From positions 1,440,001 through 1,504,000 of the forward strand of contig CP182352.1 of NCBI GenBank assembly GCA_048571215.1: DNA of 64,000 nt, read 5' to 3'. Made by a program: the position numbers and the translations under genes. The notes under the pieces are model-generated. The model made no database searches, was not told the origin of the DNA, and was given only the letters and a program-made list of their open reading frames with translations. This stretch comes from Halarcobacter sp. (lineage in GTDB: Bacteria > Campylobacterota > Campylobacteria > Campylobacterales > Arcobacteraceae). Below are positions 37,811 through 48,434 of this stretch, piece by piece; position 1 is the stretch's first letter, and every line of letters begins with the position of its first letter.

Positions 37811-40483
37811 TTAGGCTTTTAGTGGATTGATTTTTGTTGAATCAATATGATGTTTTTCCATAGCTTCAGCTAAAACTTTTTTATCTAATTTACCTTTTTT
37901 AACCAATTGTGATAAAGTTGTAAATACAATAAAGTCTGAATCAACTTCAAAGAAAGATCTTAAGTTTGCTCTTGAATCAGATCTACCAAAACCATCAGTA
38001 CCAAGTGCTTTAAATGAACCTTTTATGAAAGGTGCAATTTGCTCAGAGTAAGTTTTAATATAATCTGTTGCAGATACTATAATATTCTCTTCATCACTTC
38101 CTAATACTTGATCAACATAAGGTGTTTTATCTTCTAAATCGATATGTAAAAGATTATTTCTTTCAACATCTTGTGCTTCTCTTGCTAACTCATTATATGA
38201 AGTTACTGAATAAACTTCTGAAGATATTCCATAATCTTCTGCTAAAATTGAAGCTGCTTTTCTAACTTGTTCTAAGATTGAACCAGAACCAAGTAATTTA
38301 ACTTTATGATTCTCTTTTGCTTCAAGTGTATCTAATTTGTAAATACCTTTTATAATTCCTTCAACAGCACCTTCTGGCATTGCAGGTTGTTTGTAGTTTT
38401 CATTTAATGTAGTGATATAATAAAATACATTTTCTTGATTTTCACCATACATTCTTTCAATACCATTTTGAACTATAACTGCAACTTCATAACCATATGT
38501 TGGGTCATAAGTAACGCAGTTTGGAATTGTATTTGCTATAACATGTGAATGTCCATCTTCATGTTGTAAACCTTCACCATTAAGTGTAGTTCTACCAGAA
38601 GTACCACCAACTAGGAAACCTCTTGCCATTTGGTCACCTGCTGCCCAACACATATCACCTGTTCTTTGGAATCCAAACATTGAATAAAATACATAGAAAG
38701 GAATCATTGGACAATCATTGATTGAGTAAGAAGTTGCAGCTGCAACCCAAGAACCCATAGCACCAAGTTCATTAATACCCTCTTGTAAAACTTGTCCTTT
38801 TTTATCCTCTTTATAATATGCTACTTGGTCTCTATCTTGAGGAATATATTTTTGCCCCTCTGATGAGTAGATACCAACTTGTCTAAACATACCCTCCATA
38901 CCAAATGTTCTTGCTTCATCAGGAACAATTGGAACAATTCTTTTTCCAATTTTTTTATCTTTTACTAAAACATTTAAAACTCTTACAAATGCCATTGTTG
39001 TAGAAATCTCTCTATCTCCACTACCATTTGTTACTGCATCAAAAGCGCTTAATGCTGGTATCTCTAATTTTTCACTAAATTTTTGTCTTCTTTGAGGAAC
39101 AGAACCACCTAAATCAGCTCTTCTTTCCATCATATATTTGTACTCTTCAGAATCTTCTGCTGGTCTATAATAAGGGAATTTTTCAATATCTTCATCAGAA
39201 ATTGGGATACTAAATCTATCTCTAAATTGTCTAAGTGAAGCTAAATCAACTTTTTTAACACCATGAGCGATATTCATACCTTCAGCAGCTGCACCCATTC
39301 CATAACCTTTAACAGTCTTAGCTAAAATAACTGTTGGTTTATCTTTAGTCTCTTTTGCTTTTTTAAATGCAGAATAAACTTTTATAGGATCATGTCCACC
39401 TCTATTTAATCTCCAAATATCATCATCACTCATATTTTCAACTAATTTTGCAGTTTCTGGATACTTATTAAAGAAGTTTTCTCTTGTATAAGCTCCACCT
39501 TTTTGTTTAAAGTTTTGATATTCACCATCAACTGTTTCTTCCATTAGTTGAAGTAGTTTTCCTGATTTATCTTTTCTTAATAACTCATCCCATAATCTTC
39601 CCCAAATAACCTTTGTAACTTCCCAACCGTTACCTCTAAAGTTACCTTCAAGTTCTTGGATAATTTTTCCATTACCTCTAACTGGTCCATCTAGTCTTTG
39701 TAGGTTACAGTTGATAACAAATACTAAATTATCTAAACCTTCTCGTCCTGCTAGTCCTATTGCTCCTAAAGATTCTGGCTCATCACACTCACCATCTCCC
39801 ATAAAACAATAAACTGTTTGATTGCTACAATCTTTAATTCCTCTATCTGTTAAATATTTTAAAAATCTTGCTTGATAAATTGCTTGTATTGGTCCAAGTC
39901 CCATAGATACTGTTGGGAATTGCCAATAATCAGGCATAAGTTTTGGGTGTGGATAAGATGACAATCCATTCCCTTTTGATTCTTGTCTAAAGTTATCCAT
40001 TTGATCTTCTGATATTCTACCTTCAACAAAACTTCTAGCGTAGATACCAGGAGAGATATGTCCTTGGAAAAATACTAAATCTCCCCCATCTTTATCATTT
40101 GGAGCTTTAAAGAAGTGATTAAAACCTACATCATATAAAGTTGCTGATGATTGAAATGATGAGATATGTCCACCAAGTTCTAGACCTTTTTTAGATGCTC
40201 TTTGCACCATAATTTGAGCATTCCATCTAACTATAGATTTAATTCTTCTTTCGATATCTCTATTACCTGGCATTGCAGGTTGTTGTTCTACTGGAATTGT
40301 ATTTACATAAGCAGTAGTTGCATTATAAGGTAAGTATGCACCGTTTCTTCTTGCTTTATCAATTAACTTCTCTAACAAATAGTGAGCTCTTTGCGCTCCC
40401 TCTTCTTCTATAACAGCTTCTAAAGCCTCCATCCACTCTTGAGTTTCTGCTGGGTCAATATCATTTAAGTTTAAATGAGACAT
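37811..40483 (-). CDS. aceE: Pyruvate dehydrogenase E1, homodimeric type
   Basis: FPTVSMGLGP, GDGECDEPES, NCNLQRLDGPVRGNGKIIQELE, GEGLQHEDGHS. Confidence 0.96.
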   Translation of the reverse strand: MSHLNLNDIDPAETQEWMEALEAVIEEEGAQRAHYLLEKLIDKARRNGAYLPYNATTAYVNTIPVEQQPAMPGNRDIERRIKSIVRWNAQIMVQRASKKGLELGGHISSFQSSATLYDVGFNHFFKAPNDKDGGDLVFFQGHISPGIYARSFVEGRISEDQMDNFRQESKGNGLSSYPHPKLMPDYWQFPTVSMGLGPIQAIYQARFLKYLTDRGIKDCSNQTVYCFMGDGECDEPESLGAIGLAGREGLDNLVFVINCNLQRLDGPVRGNGKIIQELEGNFRGNGWEVTKVIWGRLWDELLRKDKSGKLLQLMEETVDGEYQNFKQKGGAYTRENFFNKYPETAKLVENMSDDDIWRLNRGGHDPIKVYSAFKKAKETKDKPTVILAKTVKGYGMGAAAEGMNIAHGVKKVDLASLRQFRDRFSIPISDEDIEKFPYYRPAEDSEEYKYMMERRADLGGSVPQRRQKFSEKLEIPALSAFDAVTNGSGDREISTTMAFVRVLNVLVKDKKIGKRIVPIVPDEARTFGMEGMFRQVGIYSSEGQKYIPQDRDQVAYYKEDKKGQVLQEGINELGAMGSWVAAATSYSINDCPMIPFYVFYSMFGFQRTGDMCWAAGDQMARGFLVGGTSGRTTLNGEGLQHEDGHSHVIANTIPNCVTYDPTYGYEVAVIVQNGIERMYGENQENVFYYITTLNENYKQPAMPEGAVEGIIKGIYKLDTLEAKENHKVKLLGSGSILEQVRKAASILAEDYGISSEVYSVTSYNELAREAQDVERNNLLHIDLEDKTPYVDQVLGSDEENIIVSATDYIKTYSEQIAPFIKGSFKALGTDGFGRSDSRANLRSFFEVDSDFIVFTTLSQLVKKGKLDKKVLAEAMEKHHIDSTKINPLKA

Positions 40484-40818
40484 TTATTATTCCTTGTAAA
40501 TATTTTTATCATTTTTACTAATTTGAAAGCCCTATTTAAAGGAGCATATGTCAATTATGTAAAAATTATGTAGCTATCCGAACGACTCTATCGAATTCTG
40601 GGCATATGATACTTTAAATCAATTTAAAATATTTTAAATTAAAAAATTAATTTTTTAACTTAAGCTTATTGTTTTAAAAATCATTTATAATGCACAAATA
40701 TAATCAAAAACTTCAACTTTTTAAGTTTTTTATAAGATTAATAGTAACATATTAAGATGAATTTATTATGATATTTTTATGTTAGTTTTAGTATTTATTT
40801 AAATTATCAGGGAGTAAA

Positions 40819-41559
40819 ATGTTAGAGTCAAAAAGTATCTTTAGAGTTATAATTACAACAAAAAAATCTGCAAAAGAAAATATGGCTATTGATGAAGCTT
40901 TATTAACATCTTTTGAAGAAGATGATTTGCCTATATTAAGACTCTATACATGGGAAGATTCCTTCACTATTGGGATTTCTCAAAATTTTGACAATTATGA
41001 TTTTACAAAAGAGTTTAATGGAAATTATGCAAAAAGAGTGACAGGTGGTGGTGTACTTTTTCATGGTCATGATTTATCATATTCACTTATAATTCCAACA
41101 AAAATTTTAAAAGACTTAAGTATTAAACAAAGCTATGAAAAGATATGTACTTTTATACTAAATTTTTATAAAAACTTAGGGTTAAATTGTACTTATGCAA
41201 AAGATGATGAGTCGATTAAGTTATCTAAAAATGAATATTGCCAAGTTGGTTTTGAAGCGTATGACATTTTGGCAAATTGTACAAAAATTGGTGGCAATGC
41301 TCAAAGAAGAACAAAAAAAGCAGTATTTCAGCATGGTTCAATTCCTGTGAAATGTACAAAAATTGAAAAACTTAAATCAGAGGTTGGTTCAAGTTTGGAA
41401 GATTTGGATATTTTTATAACTTTTGAAGAAGCAACACAAAAGCTAATTGAATCTTTTGAAAAAACTTTTAATGTTGAAGTAAAAAACTCCTCTTTAAGTA
41501 AAAAAGAGGAAGAAAAAATGAATTTATTATTAAAGGACAAATATGACTATGTCAACTAA
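40819..41559 (+). CDS. Lipoate-protein ligase / octanoyltransferase family protein
   Basis: NMAIDEALL, RVTGGGVLFH, KIGGNAQRR; next to lipA. Confidence 0.88.
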   Translation: MLESKSIFRVIITTKKSAKENMAIDEALLTSFEEDDLPILRLYTWEDSFTIGISQNFDNYDFTKEFNGNYAKRVTGGGVLFHGHDLSYSLIIPTKILKDLSIKQSYEKICTFILNFYKNLGLNCTYAKDDESIKLSKNEYCQVGFEAYDILANCTKIGGNAQRRTKKAVFQHGSIPVKCTKIEKLKSEVGSSLEDLDIFITFEEATQKLIESFEKTFNVEVKNSSLSKKEEEKMNLLLKDKYDYVN

Positions 41560-42424
41560 ACCACAATTTAAAAAACCAGAGTGGTTAAGAAAAAAACTAG
41601 TTCCAACTGCACAAAAAGAGATGGAACAACTTTTAGGAGATCATAAACTTCATACAATCTGTCAAGAAGCAAAATGTCCAAATATAAGTGAATGTTTTGC
41701 AAAGAAAAATGCAACTTTTTTAATTCTTGGAAATATCTGTACTAGAAGATGTACTTATTGTAATGTACATACAGGAAAACCTACAGAAGTTGATTTAGAT
41801 GAGATTGAAGGAGTTACAACTTCAGTTATTAGACTTGGACTTAAATTTGTTGTTATTACAAGTCCTGCAAGGGATGATTTAGCAGATGGTGGAGCAAAAC
41901 AATTCTACAGAGTTACAAAAAATATTTTAGAAAAATCACCTGGAACTCAAGTTGAGATTTTAATTCCTGATTTCAAAGCAGATGAAGAAGCTTTAAAAAC
42001 AGTTGTAAACAGTGGTGCTGAGATTATTGGACACAATGTTGAAACTGTACCTTCACTATACCATATCAGAAGAAATGCTTCATATAAAAGAAGTTTAGAG
42101 GTTTTACAAAAACTAAAAGAGATAGGTGGAGATAAGATTAAAACAAAATCAGCTTTAATGGTTGGACTTGGAGAAACCGAAGAGGAAATGGTTCAAGTAT
42201 TTAAAGACTTAGTTGCTGTTGGTTGTAAATTTTTAAGTATAGGACAATACCTAGCTCCATCAGGTGAATATGAAAAAGTAAAAGAGTATGTAAAACCTGA
42301 ACAATTTGAAAGATATAAAAAACTTGCACTTGACTTAGGATTTGAGTTTGTACACGCTACTCCATATGCTAGAAGTTCTTATTTAGCTCATGAATACTTA
42401 GGTCATAAAGAAGCTACTAAATAG
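41543..42424 (+). CDS. lipA: Lipoyl synthase
   Basis: CQEAKCPNISEC, CTRRCTYC, HNVETV, RSSY. Confidence 0.95.
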   Translation: MTMSTKPQFKKPEWLRKKLVPTAQKEMEQLLGDHKLHTICQEAKCPNISECFAKKNATFLILGNICTRRCTYCNVHTGKPTEVDLDEIEGVTTSVIRLGLKFVVITSPARDDLADGGAKQFYRVTKNILEKSPGTQVEILIPDFKADEEALKTVVNSGAEIIGHNVETVPSLYHIRRNASYKRSLEVLQKLKEIGGDKIKTKSALMVGLGETEEEMVQVFKDLVAVGCKFLSIGQYLAPSGEYEKVKEYVKPEQFERYKKLALDLGFEFVHATPYARSSYLAHEYLGHKEATK

Positions 42425-42443
42425 AGGAGTCTTCAACTCCTCT
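42423..42443. terminator. Hairpin between convergent lipA and IclR gene
   Basis: AGAGGAGT-cttca-ACTCCTCT. Confidence 0.6.
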
Positions 42444-42459
42444 AAAAATTTAAAAATCT

Positions 42460-43188
42460 TTACATATATCCATTTACTAGTTTAAATATCTCTTGCCCAT
42501 ATTTATGTAAAACCTCCTCTTGAAGTCTTACAGATAGTCCAGAAATACCAACTGCTCCTACAAATCTATTTTGTTTATTGAAATATGGAACAGCTAAAGA
42601 TTTTAGTCCAAACTCATGTTCTTCACTCCCTATTGCATACCCTCTTTCCTTAACTAATTCTATCTCTTTTAAAAGTTTTGTTTTACTTGTGATTGTATTA
42701 CTTGTAAACTTTTTAAGTTCTAGGTTTTCAAAATCTACATTTTTACTAAATGCTAATAATATTTTTCCAAAACCATTTGTATGCAAAGGAGCATGTAGTC
42801 CTATAGAATCTCTTGTTTTTAATACTCTCTTTGATTTATCCACTTGATTTATATATAAAACAGAGTTATTATCAAATATTCCTATATATGCACACTCATT
42901 TGTTAAATAAAAAATCTCATCCAATAAGGCTTTTGTTTTTTCAACAATTTTTTGTATATCATCTTTTTGAACTATTTTTTTCATCAAATCACTAAGAACT
43001 ATCTCTTTACTATTATCCTTGTATTCAATAAAATCTTCATATATAAGTGTTGAAATAAGTCTTGACATTGTACTTTTATCTATCTCTAATCTATGACATA
43101 AAGTGTTTGCAGTCATAGGTTTTGTAGATATCATAACCTCTTTTAAAACTTGTAAACCTTTACTTAAGGATTTATTTTGATTTTGCAC
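42460..43188 (-). CDS. IclR-family transcriptional regulator
   Basis: N-terminal HTH (KSTMSRL), PLHTNGFGKILLA, ERGYA, divergent from the CitE cluster. Confidence 0.9.
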   Translation of the reverse strand: MQNQNKSLSKGLQVLKEVMISTKPMTANTLCHRLEIDKSTMSRLISTLIYEDFIEYKDNSKEIVLSDLMKKIVQKDDIQKIVEKTKALLDEIFYLTNECAYIGIFDNNSVLYINQVDKSKRVLKTRDSIGLHAPLHTNGFGKILLAFSKNVDFENLELKKFTSNTITSKTKLLKEIELVKERGYAIGSEEHEFGLKSLAVPYFNKQNRFVGAVGISGLSVRLQEEVLHKYGQEIFKLVNGYM

Positions 43189-43522
43189 TTTTTAAAACTC
43201 TTTTTTTATTAAATTTGTTGAAATTATAGTCATATTCTACAAAAACTATACAATTTATCAAATTAAATAGGTTTTTTGTAAATTTTTTATTTTATATGAT
43301 GAGATTATACAATAAATTTTTCTCACTATGTGAAACTATCATATTCTCATTTTTATAAAGCCCTATTTTATGGTCTTCTTAGCCTTTATAAATTTAAACT
43401 TAAAAACAATTATCATATAAAAAAAATAGCTTCAGCTTATTTTTTATATGGATTAATTCTCCCATCAGAAAAATATATCTGAAATAAAATTTATTAAATA
43501 TAAAACAAAAAAGGTAATTATC

Positions 43523-44656
43523 ATGACTTCATCTTTCGTAGATTTATCAAAATTAACAGCAAATGATGATTTGAAACCAGTACTTGGTGGTAAATGGCCA
43601 GGTATACAAATTTATTATCCGCCAATTAAGTTCAATCCATTAGATGGAACATATGAAACTATGGAGCAAGCTAAGTATAGATTACAAAAACATGCCTATA
43701 AAACAAAAGCTCATACTGTTTTATTTGACCTTGAAGATGGTTGTAGAATGAAGGAGATGTCTAGAAAACTTCTTATTGAGGAATTACCAAAATTTCCCGA
43801 AAGAGATTTTCAAATAGCAATTAGGATTAATCCTTTTAGAACAGAAGAGTATGAACAAGATTTAAAAATGTTAAAACAAGTACACAAATATATTGATGCA
43901 ATTGTTTTAGCAAAAGCTGGGGAAGTTTATGGGGATGCTGAAATTAGAGACTTATCATCTTGGTTGGTTTCTATTGGTAGTAATTTACAAATTCAACCAA
44001 TTATTGAGCATCCAAAATCTTTACAAATTGCAGATAAACTAATGAGTCACTCAACAGTACAACATGTTGTATTTGGTATCCATGACTTTTCAAAAGCTAT
44101 GGCATATAAAATTACACCTGAGGGATGGATTGATGAATTGGAAACTTTCTTTAATATTCTTACTATGGAAGCAAGAATTAAAGGTAAAGGGGTTATTGGT
44201 GGAGTTGAAGTATTACTAACACCAAATTCATTACCAGATTCTTGTGTTGAGAAAAAAGATATTAGAAGATGGTTGGACTTACATGGAGATGATGCATCAA
44301 GACATGTATATGCCCATGCACAAAGAGAATATGCAATGGGACTTACTGGTAAACAAGTAATTACTCCAAACCATATAAATGTTTGTAAAGTTGCCTTTAC
44401 GCCAAGTCCAAATGAGATTAAAAGAGATATAAATATATTAAAAGCTGCAATTGAAACTGATGCTTTATTAAGTGGTGCTATTAGATATGAAGGTGAGATG
44501 TTAGACCCACCGATGTTTGGTAAATCTTTACAAAATATCTTAAGAGCAGGTGCTTTAAATAGTTTAAGTAAAGAAGATTATGAGTTTGCAGTAAAAGTAT
44601 TAAACAAAATGCCTTTACATACATTTAAAGAAAACTGGCCTTATGGTCAAATATAA
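43523..44656 (+). CDS. CitE/HpcH-family CoA-ester lyase-like protein
   Basis: VLFDLEDG, IRIN, IIEHP, FGIHDFS, GKQVITP. Confidence 0.8.
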   Translation: MTSSFVDLSKLTANDDLKPVLGGKWPGIQIYYPPIKFNPLDGTYETMEQAKYRLQKHAYKTKAHTVLFDLEDGCRMKEMSRKLLIEELPKFPERDFQIAIRINPFRTEEYEQDLKMLKQVHKYIDAIVLAKAGEVYGDAEIRDLSSWLVSIGSNLQIQPIIEHPKSLQIADKLMSHSTVQHVVFGIHDFSKAMAYKITPEGWIDELETFFNILTMEARIKGKGVIGGVEVLLTPNSLPDSCVEKKDIRRWLDLHGDDASRHVYAHAQREYAMGLTGKQVITPNHINVCKVAFTPSPNEIKRDINILKAAIETDALLSGAIRYEGEMLDPPMFGKSLQNILRAGALNSLSKEDYEFAVKVLNKMPLHTFKENWPYGQI

Positions 44657-44673
44657 TTGGGGAGTTATTAATT

Positions 44674-47193
44674 ATGAGTTCAAATTTAAAAATTGAAGTA
44701 CCAGAATTTCTAAATATTGGTGTAGCTTGTACATCAAGTCATTTAGGTACATCTAAAGAGAATAGCACAGCTATGATAATTGAAGATGACAAACTTGGTA
44801 CTGATGAAATTACATATAAAGATTTAGCAACTAAATCAGACCAAGTTTGTAACTTCCTTATAAGTATTGGAATCAAACCAAGAGATAGGGTTTTAGTTTG
44901 TTTAAAAAACTCTTTAGCTTACCCTATTTCATTTTTTGGAAGTATCAAAGCTGGGATTACAGCAGTTCCAACCTCTACACTTTTAAGTGGTTCAGAAGTT
45001 AAATATTTAGCTGAGGATTCACAAGCAAGTGCTATAGTATTATCAGCTTCTATGTATGAGAATTTAGTTCCATATTTAGAAAATGTAGATAATCTAAAAA
45101 CAATTATAGTTGCTGCAATTGACAGTGTAGAAAACCTTAAAAAACCAAAGGGTATAAATGTATATGCATTAAATGATATTTTGGCAAATGCAGATACAAC
45201 ACCTAATCATTATAATTCAAAAGCTGGTGAACCTGCATATTTGGTATATACATCTGGAACTACTGGTTATCCAAAAGGAGTTTTACACTCTCATAGATCA
45301 CTAATAGGTAGAACTCCTGCGACTGAGTATTGGTTTAACTTTAAAGAAAATGATAGAATCATGCATTCTGGGAAGTTTAACTGGACATATGTTTTAGGTT
45401 CTGCACTTATGGATCCATTATTTAATGGTCACACAGTAATCGCTTATGAGGGGGCAAATGATGCTTCAACATGGATTAACTTAATAAAAAAACATAAGTG
45501 TACTATCTTTATTGGAGTACCTACAATCTATAGACAAATCATCCAAAAAACAGATTTTACAATAGATGATTGTCCAAGTTTAAGATACTGCATGAGTGCT
45601 GGAGAACATTTATCAGATGAGATGATTGGTTTATGGAAAGAAAGATTCAACCAAGATATTTTTGAAGCAATTGGGATGAGTGAATGTTCTTATTATATTT
45701 CCCACTCAATCAATAATCCAATCAGACCAGGAAGTGCAGGATTTGTTCAACCAGGTCATACTGTAAAACTTTTAGACCCTAATACTTTACAAGAAGTAGG
45801 TGTTGAAGAGGAAGGTATGATATGTATAGGTATGGATGATCCAGGACTATTTTTAGAGTATTGGCAGTTAGAAGAGGAAACAACAAAAGCAAAACATGAT
45901 GGATACTTCTTTACAGGGGATTATGCTAAAAAAGATAAAGATGGTTATATCTGGTTTATTGGTAGAAAAGATGATATTATCAACACTTTTGGATTTAGAG
46001 TTTCGCCACATGAGATTGAAAGAGTTGTTAAAACCCATGAAGATATTGCAGATTGTGTTGCCTTTGGTTTAGAAATAGAAAAAGATAAAACTATAGTAGC
46101 AATTGCTGTTATAGGTCATGAAAAATTAAGTCAAGAGAAACAAGATGAAATCTTAGCATTTTCACAAGCTAATTTAGCAAAATATAAAGCACCAAAGACA
46201 ATTTTTGCTTTAGATGATTATCCTAGAACAAAAAACGGGAAAGTTTTAAGAAAACAACTTGTAAAACAATTACATGAACAATACCATGCAAAACAAAGTG
46301 GTGAAGAGATTATTGAGTATAAAGCTAGAAGATCAATGTTATTTGTTCCTTCATACAATAAAAGATATGTGCAAAAAGCAAAAAATATACTTGCCGATAC
46401 TGTTGTGTTTGATTTAGAAGCGATTTTACAAGAGCAAAAAGAGATAGCAAGAGGTGTTATAAAAGAGGTATTTAAAGAAAATAACTCTAAGTTTGGAGAA
46501 AGTGAAAGAGTTTTAAGAGTTAACTTTATTGAAAGTGATGATTTCAATAAAGATATACAACTAGCTTCAGAACTTGAACTAGATGGTATTTTATTTTCAC
46601 AAATCGAAACAGTAGAACAAATTTTGGAAGCTGAAAGAGTTATCAATGAGTTAAACCCAAATCTAACTATGATGGTTATGATTGAGACCCCTTTAGCTAT
46701 TTTGAATTCACCTGATATTTGTTCATCATCTAAAAAACTTGAGGTTGTAGTTGTTGGTTCAAATAACTTAGCAAATAGGCTTCAAATTGATATAAAAAGA
46801 GGTTCAAAAGCGATGTTTAATTACCTTGCTCGTATTGCCCTATCTGCAAAAGCATATGGTAAAACTGTTATTGATGGACCACACTATGATGTACATGATG
46901 AGTTTGCTTGTGAAGATTCGACAAAAGATGCTTTTAACTTAGGATTTGATGGTAAAGCCTTAATCCATCCAGTACAAGTTGAATATATCAATGATATCTT
47001 TACTCCAAAACAAAAAGAGGTTCAAGAGTATGAAGAGATGATTTCTAAATATGAAGATGCAATAAAAGATGGTAAAGAGGTTATTTTATATAAAGACAAA
47101 CTTGTTGATAAATGTAGAATTGTTTGGGCTAAAAAGATGATAACTCTTTATGAAACATATAAGTCTTTAGGTCAAAACCTATTTAATAAATAA
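44674..47193 (+). CDS. Acyl-CoA synthetase fused to C-terminal CitE-like domain
   Basis: YTSGTTGYPKG, FTGD, GRKDD, PRTKNGKVLR, then RRSMLFVP, FDLE, MIETP, GFDGKALIHP. Confidence 0.88.
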   Translation: MSSNLKIEVPEFLNIGVACTSSHLGTSKENSTAMIIEDDKLGTDEITYKDLATKSDQVCNFLISIGIKPRDRVLVCLKNSLAYPISFFGSIKAGITAVPTSTLLSGSEVKYLAEDSQASAIVLSASMYENLVPYLENVDNLKTIIVAAIDSVENLKKPKGINVYALNDILANADTTPNHYNSKAGEPAYLVYTSGTTGYPKGVLHSHRSLIGRTPATEYWFNFKENDRIMHSGKFNWTYVLGSALMDPLFNGHTVIAYEGANDASTWINLIKKHKCTIFIGVPTIYRQIIQKTDFTIDDCPSLRYCMSAGEHLSDEMIGLWKERFNQDIFEAIGMSECSYYISHSINNPIRPGSAGFVQPGHTVKLLDPNTLQEVGVEEEGMICIGMDDPGLFLEYWQLEEETTKAKHDGYFFTGDYAKKDKDGYIWFIGRKDDIINTFGFRVSPHEIERVVKTHEDIADCVAFGLEIEKDKTIVAIAVIGHEKLSQEKQDEILAFSQANLAKYKAPKTIFALDDYPRTKNGKVLRKQLVKQLHEQYHAKQSGEEIIEYKARRSMLFVPSYNKRYVQKAKNILADTVVFDLEAILQEQKEIARGVIKEVFKENNSKFGESERVLRVNFIESDDFNKDIQLASELELDGILFSQIETVEQILEAERVINELNPNLTMMVMIETPLAILNSPDICSSSKKLEVVVVGSNNLANRLQIDIKRGSKAMFNYLARIALSAKAYGKTVIDGPHYDVHDEFACEDSTKDAFNLGFDGKALIHPVQVEYINDIFTPKQKEVQEYEEMISKYEDAIKDGKEVILYKDKLVDKCRIVWAKKMITLYETYKSLGQNLFNK

Positions 47194-47202
47194 GGAAGAA
47201 AA

Positions 47203-48273
47203 ATGTCTACAATAAATACAAAGATAAATATGGGGAATTTTTTTGAAGACTTTTCAATGGGTCAAAAAATAATCCACCCTCTTCCTAGAACTATTAGTAA
47301 TGGAGATGTATCTTTATATATTGCCTTTACTGGTTCTAGATTTGCCCTACACTCTTCTGATGTGATAGCAAATCAACTAGGATATACTCAAAGACCAATA
47401 GATGATGTTTTGATGTTTCATCTAACTTTTGGGAAATCAGTACAAGATATCTCTTTAAATGCTATTGCAAATTTAGGATATGCGGAGATTAGTTTTCCAA
47501 ACCCTGTTTTTGTAGGTGATACAGTTTCTATGACTTCAACAGTTATAGGGCTAAAAGAGAATTCAAATGGAAAAAGTGGAGTTGTTTATGTACACTCTAT
47601 TGGAACCAACCAAGATAATAAAGAGGTATTAAACTTCAAAAGATGGGTTATGGTTCATAAAAAGGATAAAGAGACTTTAACCGGTATCAAAGAGATTCCT
47701 CAATTTAAAGAAGCAACACCTATAGTTGAAGATATTAATATCCCAACTATAACAACAGTAGATACAGATGCAACTGGCGGTGAGTATTTCTTTGAGGATT
47801 ATGAAACAGGGGAAAGATTAAACCATCCAGAGGGTATTACAATTGATGACAGTGACCATACACTAGCAACAAAGTTATACCAAAACAATGCAAAGGTACA
47901 TTTTAATGACCATATGATGAAATCAACTCCAATGGGTCAAAGACTTATGTATGGAGGGATTATAATCTCAATGGCTAGAGCTATTTCATTTAATGGCTTA
48001 CAAAATGCCCAATGGATCTATGCAATAAATAGTGGAGTACATGCAAATCCAAGCTATGCAGGAGATACTATCTACGCATATACAGAAGTTATAGATACTA
48101 TTGATTTAAAAAGAGATGATATTGGTTTATTAAGACTAAGAACAGTTGCAATTAAAAACCAAAAAAGTGATGAGATAAGTTCACCAAAAGGTGAAGATGG
48201 TAAGTACTTAAAAAATGTAGTACTTGATTTAGATTACACAGTTGTAATCCCAAAAAGAAATACAAAAAAATAA
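47203..48273 (+). CDS. Double hot-dog MaoC dehydratase (mesaconyl-CoA hydratase-like)
   Basis: GNFFEDF, FGKSVQDISLNAIANLGY, FFEDY, LYQNNAKVHF, HANPSYAGDTIYA. Confidence 0.8.
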   Translation: MSTINTKINMGNFFEDFSMGQKIIHPLPRTISNGDVSLYIAFTGSRFALHSSDVIANQLGYTQRPIDDVLMFHLTFGKSVQDISLNAIANLGYAEISFPNPVFVGDTVSMTSTVIGLKENSNGKSGVVYVHSIGTNQDNKEVLNFKRWVMVHKKDKETLTGIKEIPQFKEATPIVEDINIPTITTVDTDATGGEYFFEDYETGERLNHPEGITIDDSDHTLATKLYQNNAKVHFNDHMMKSTPMGQRLMYGGIIISMARAISFNGLQNAQWIYAINSGVHANPSYAGDTIYAYTEVIDTIDLKRDDIGLLRLRTVAIKNQKSDEISSPKGEDGKYLKNVVLDLDYTVVIPKRNTKK

Positions 48274-48434
48274 CTAATTTAAGATAAGAGGTAAACACTG
48301 CCTCCTTTAGGTTTTCTCGAAAAGAGTTTAACAACAAGCTACTTTTAGCAATTTTTTATAAATTGCGTTAAAAAGTAGATAAAGAATATAAAAGGTTCCC
48401 CTTCAAATGGGGAACCAATTTTAAGGAGAAAAAA

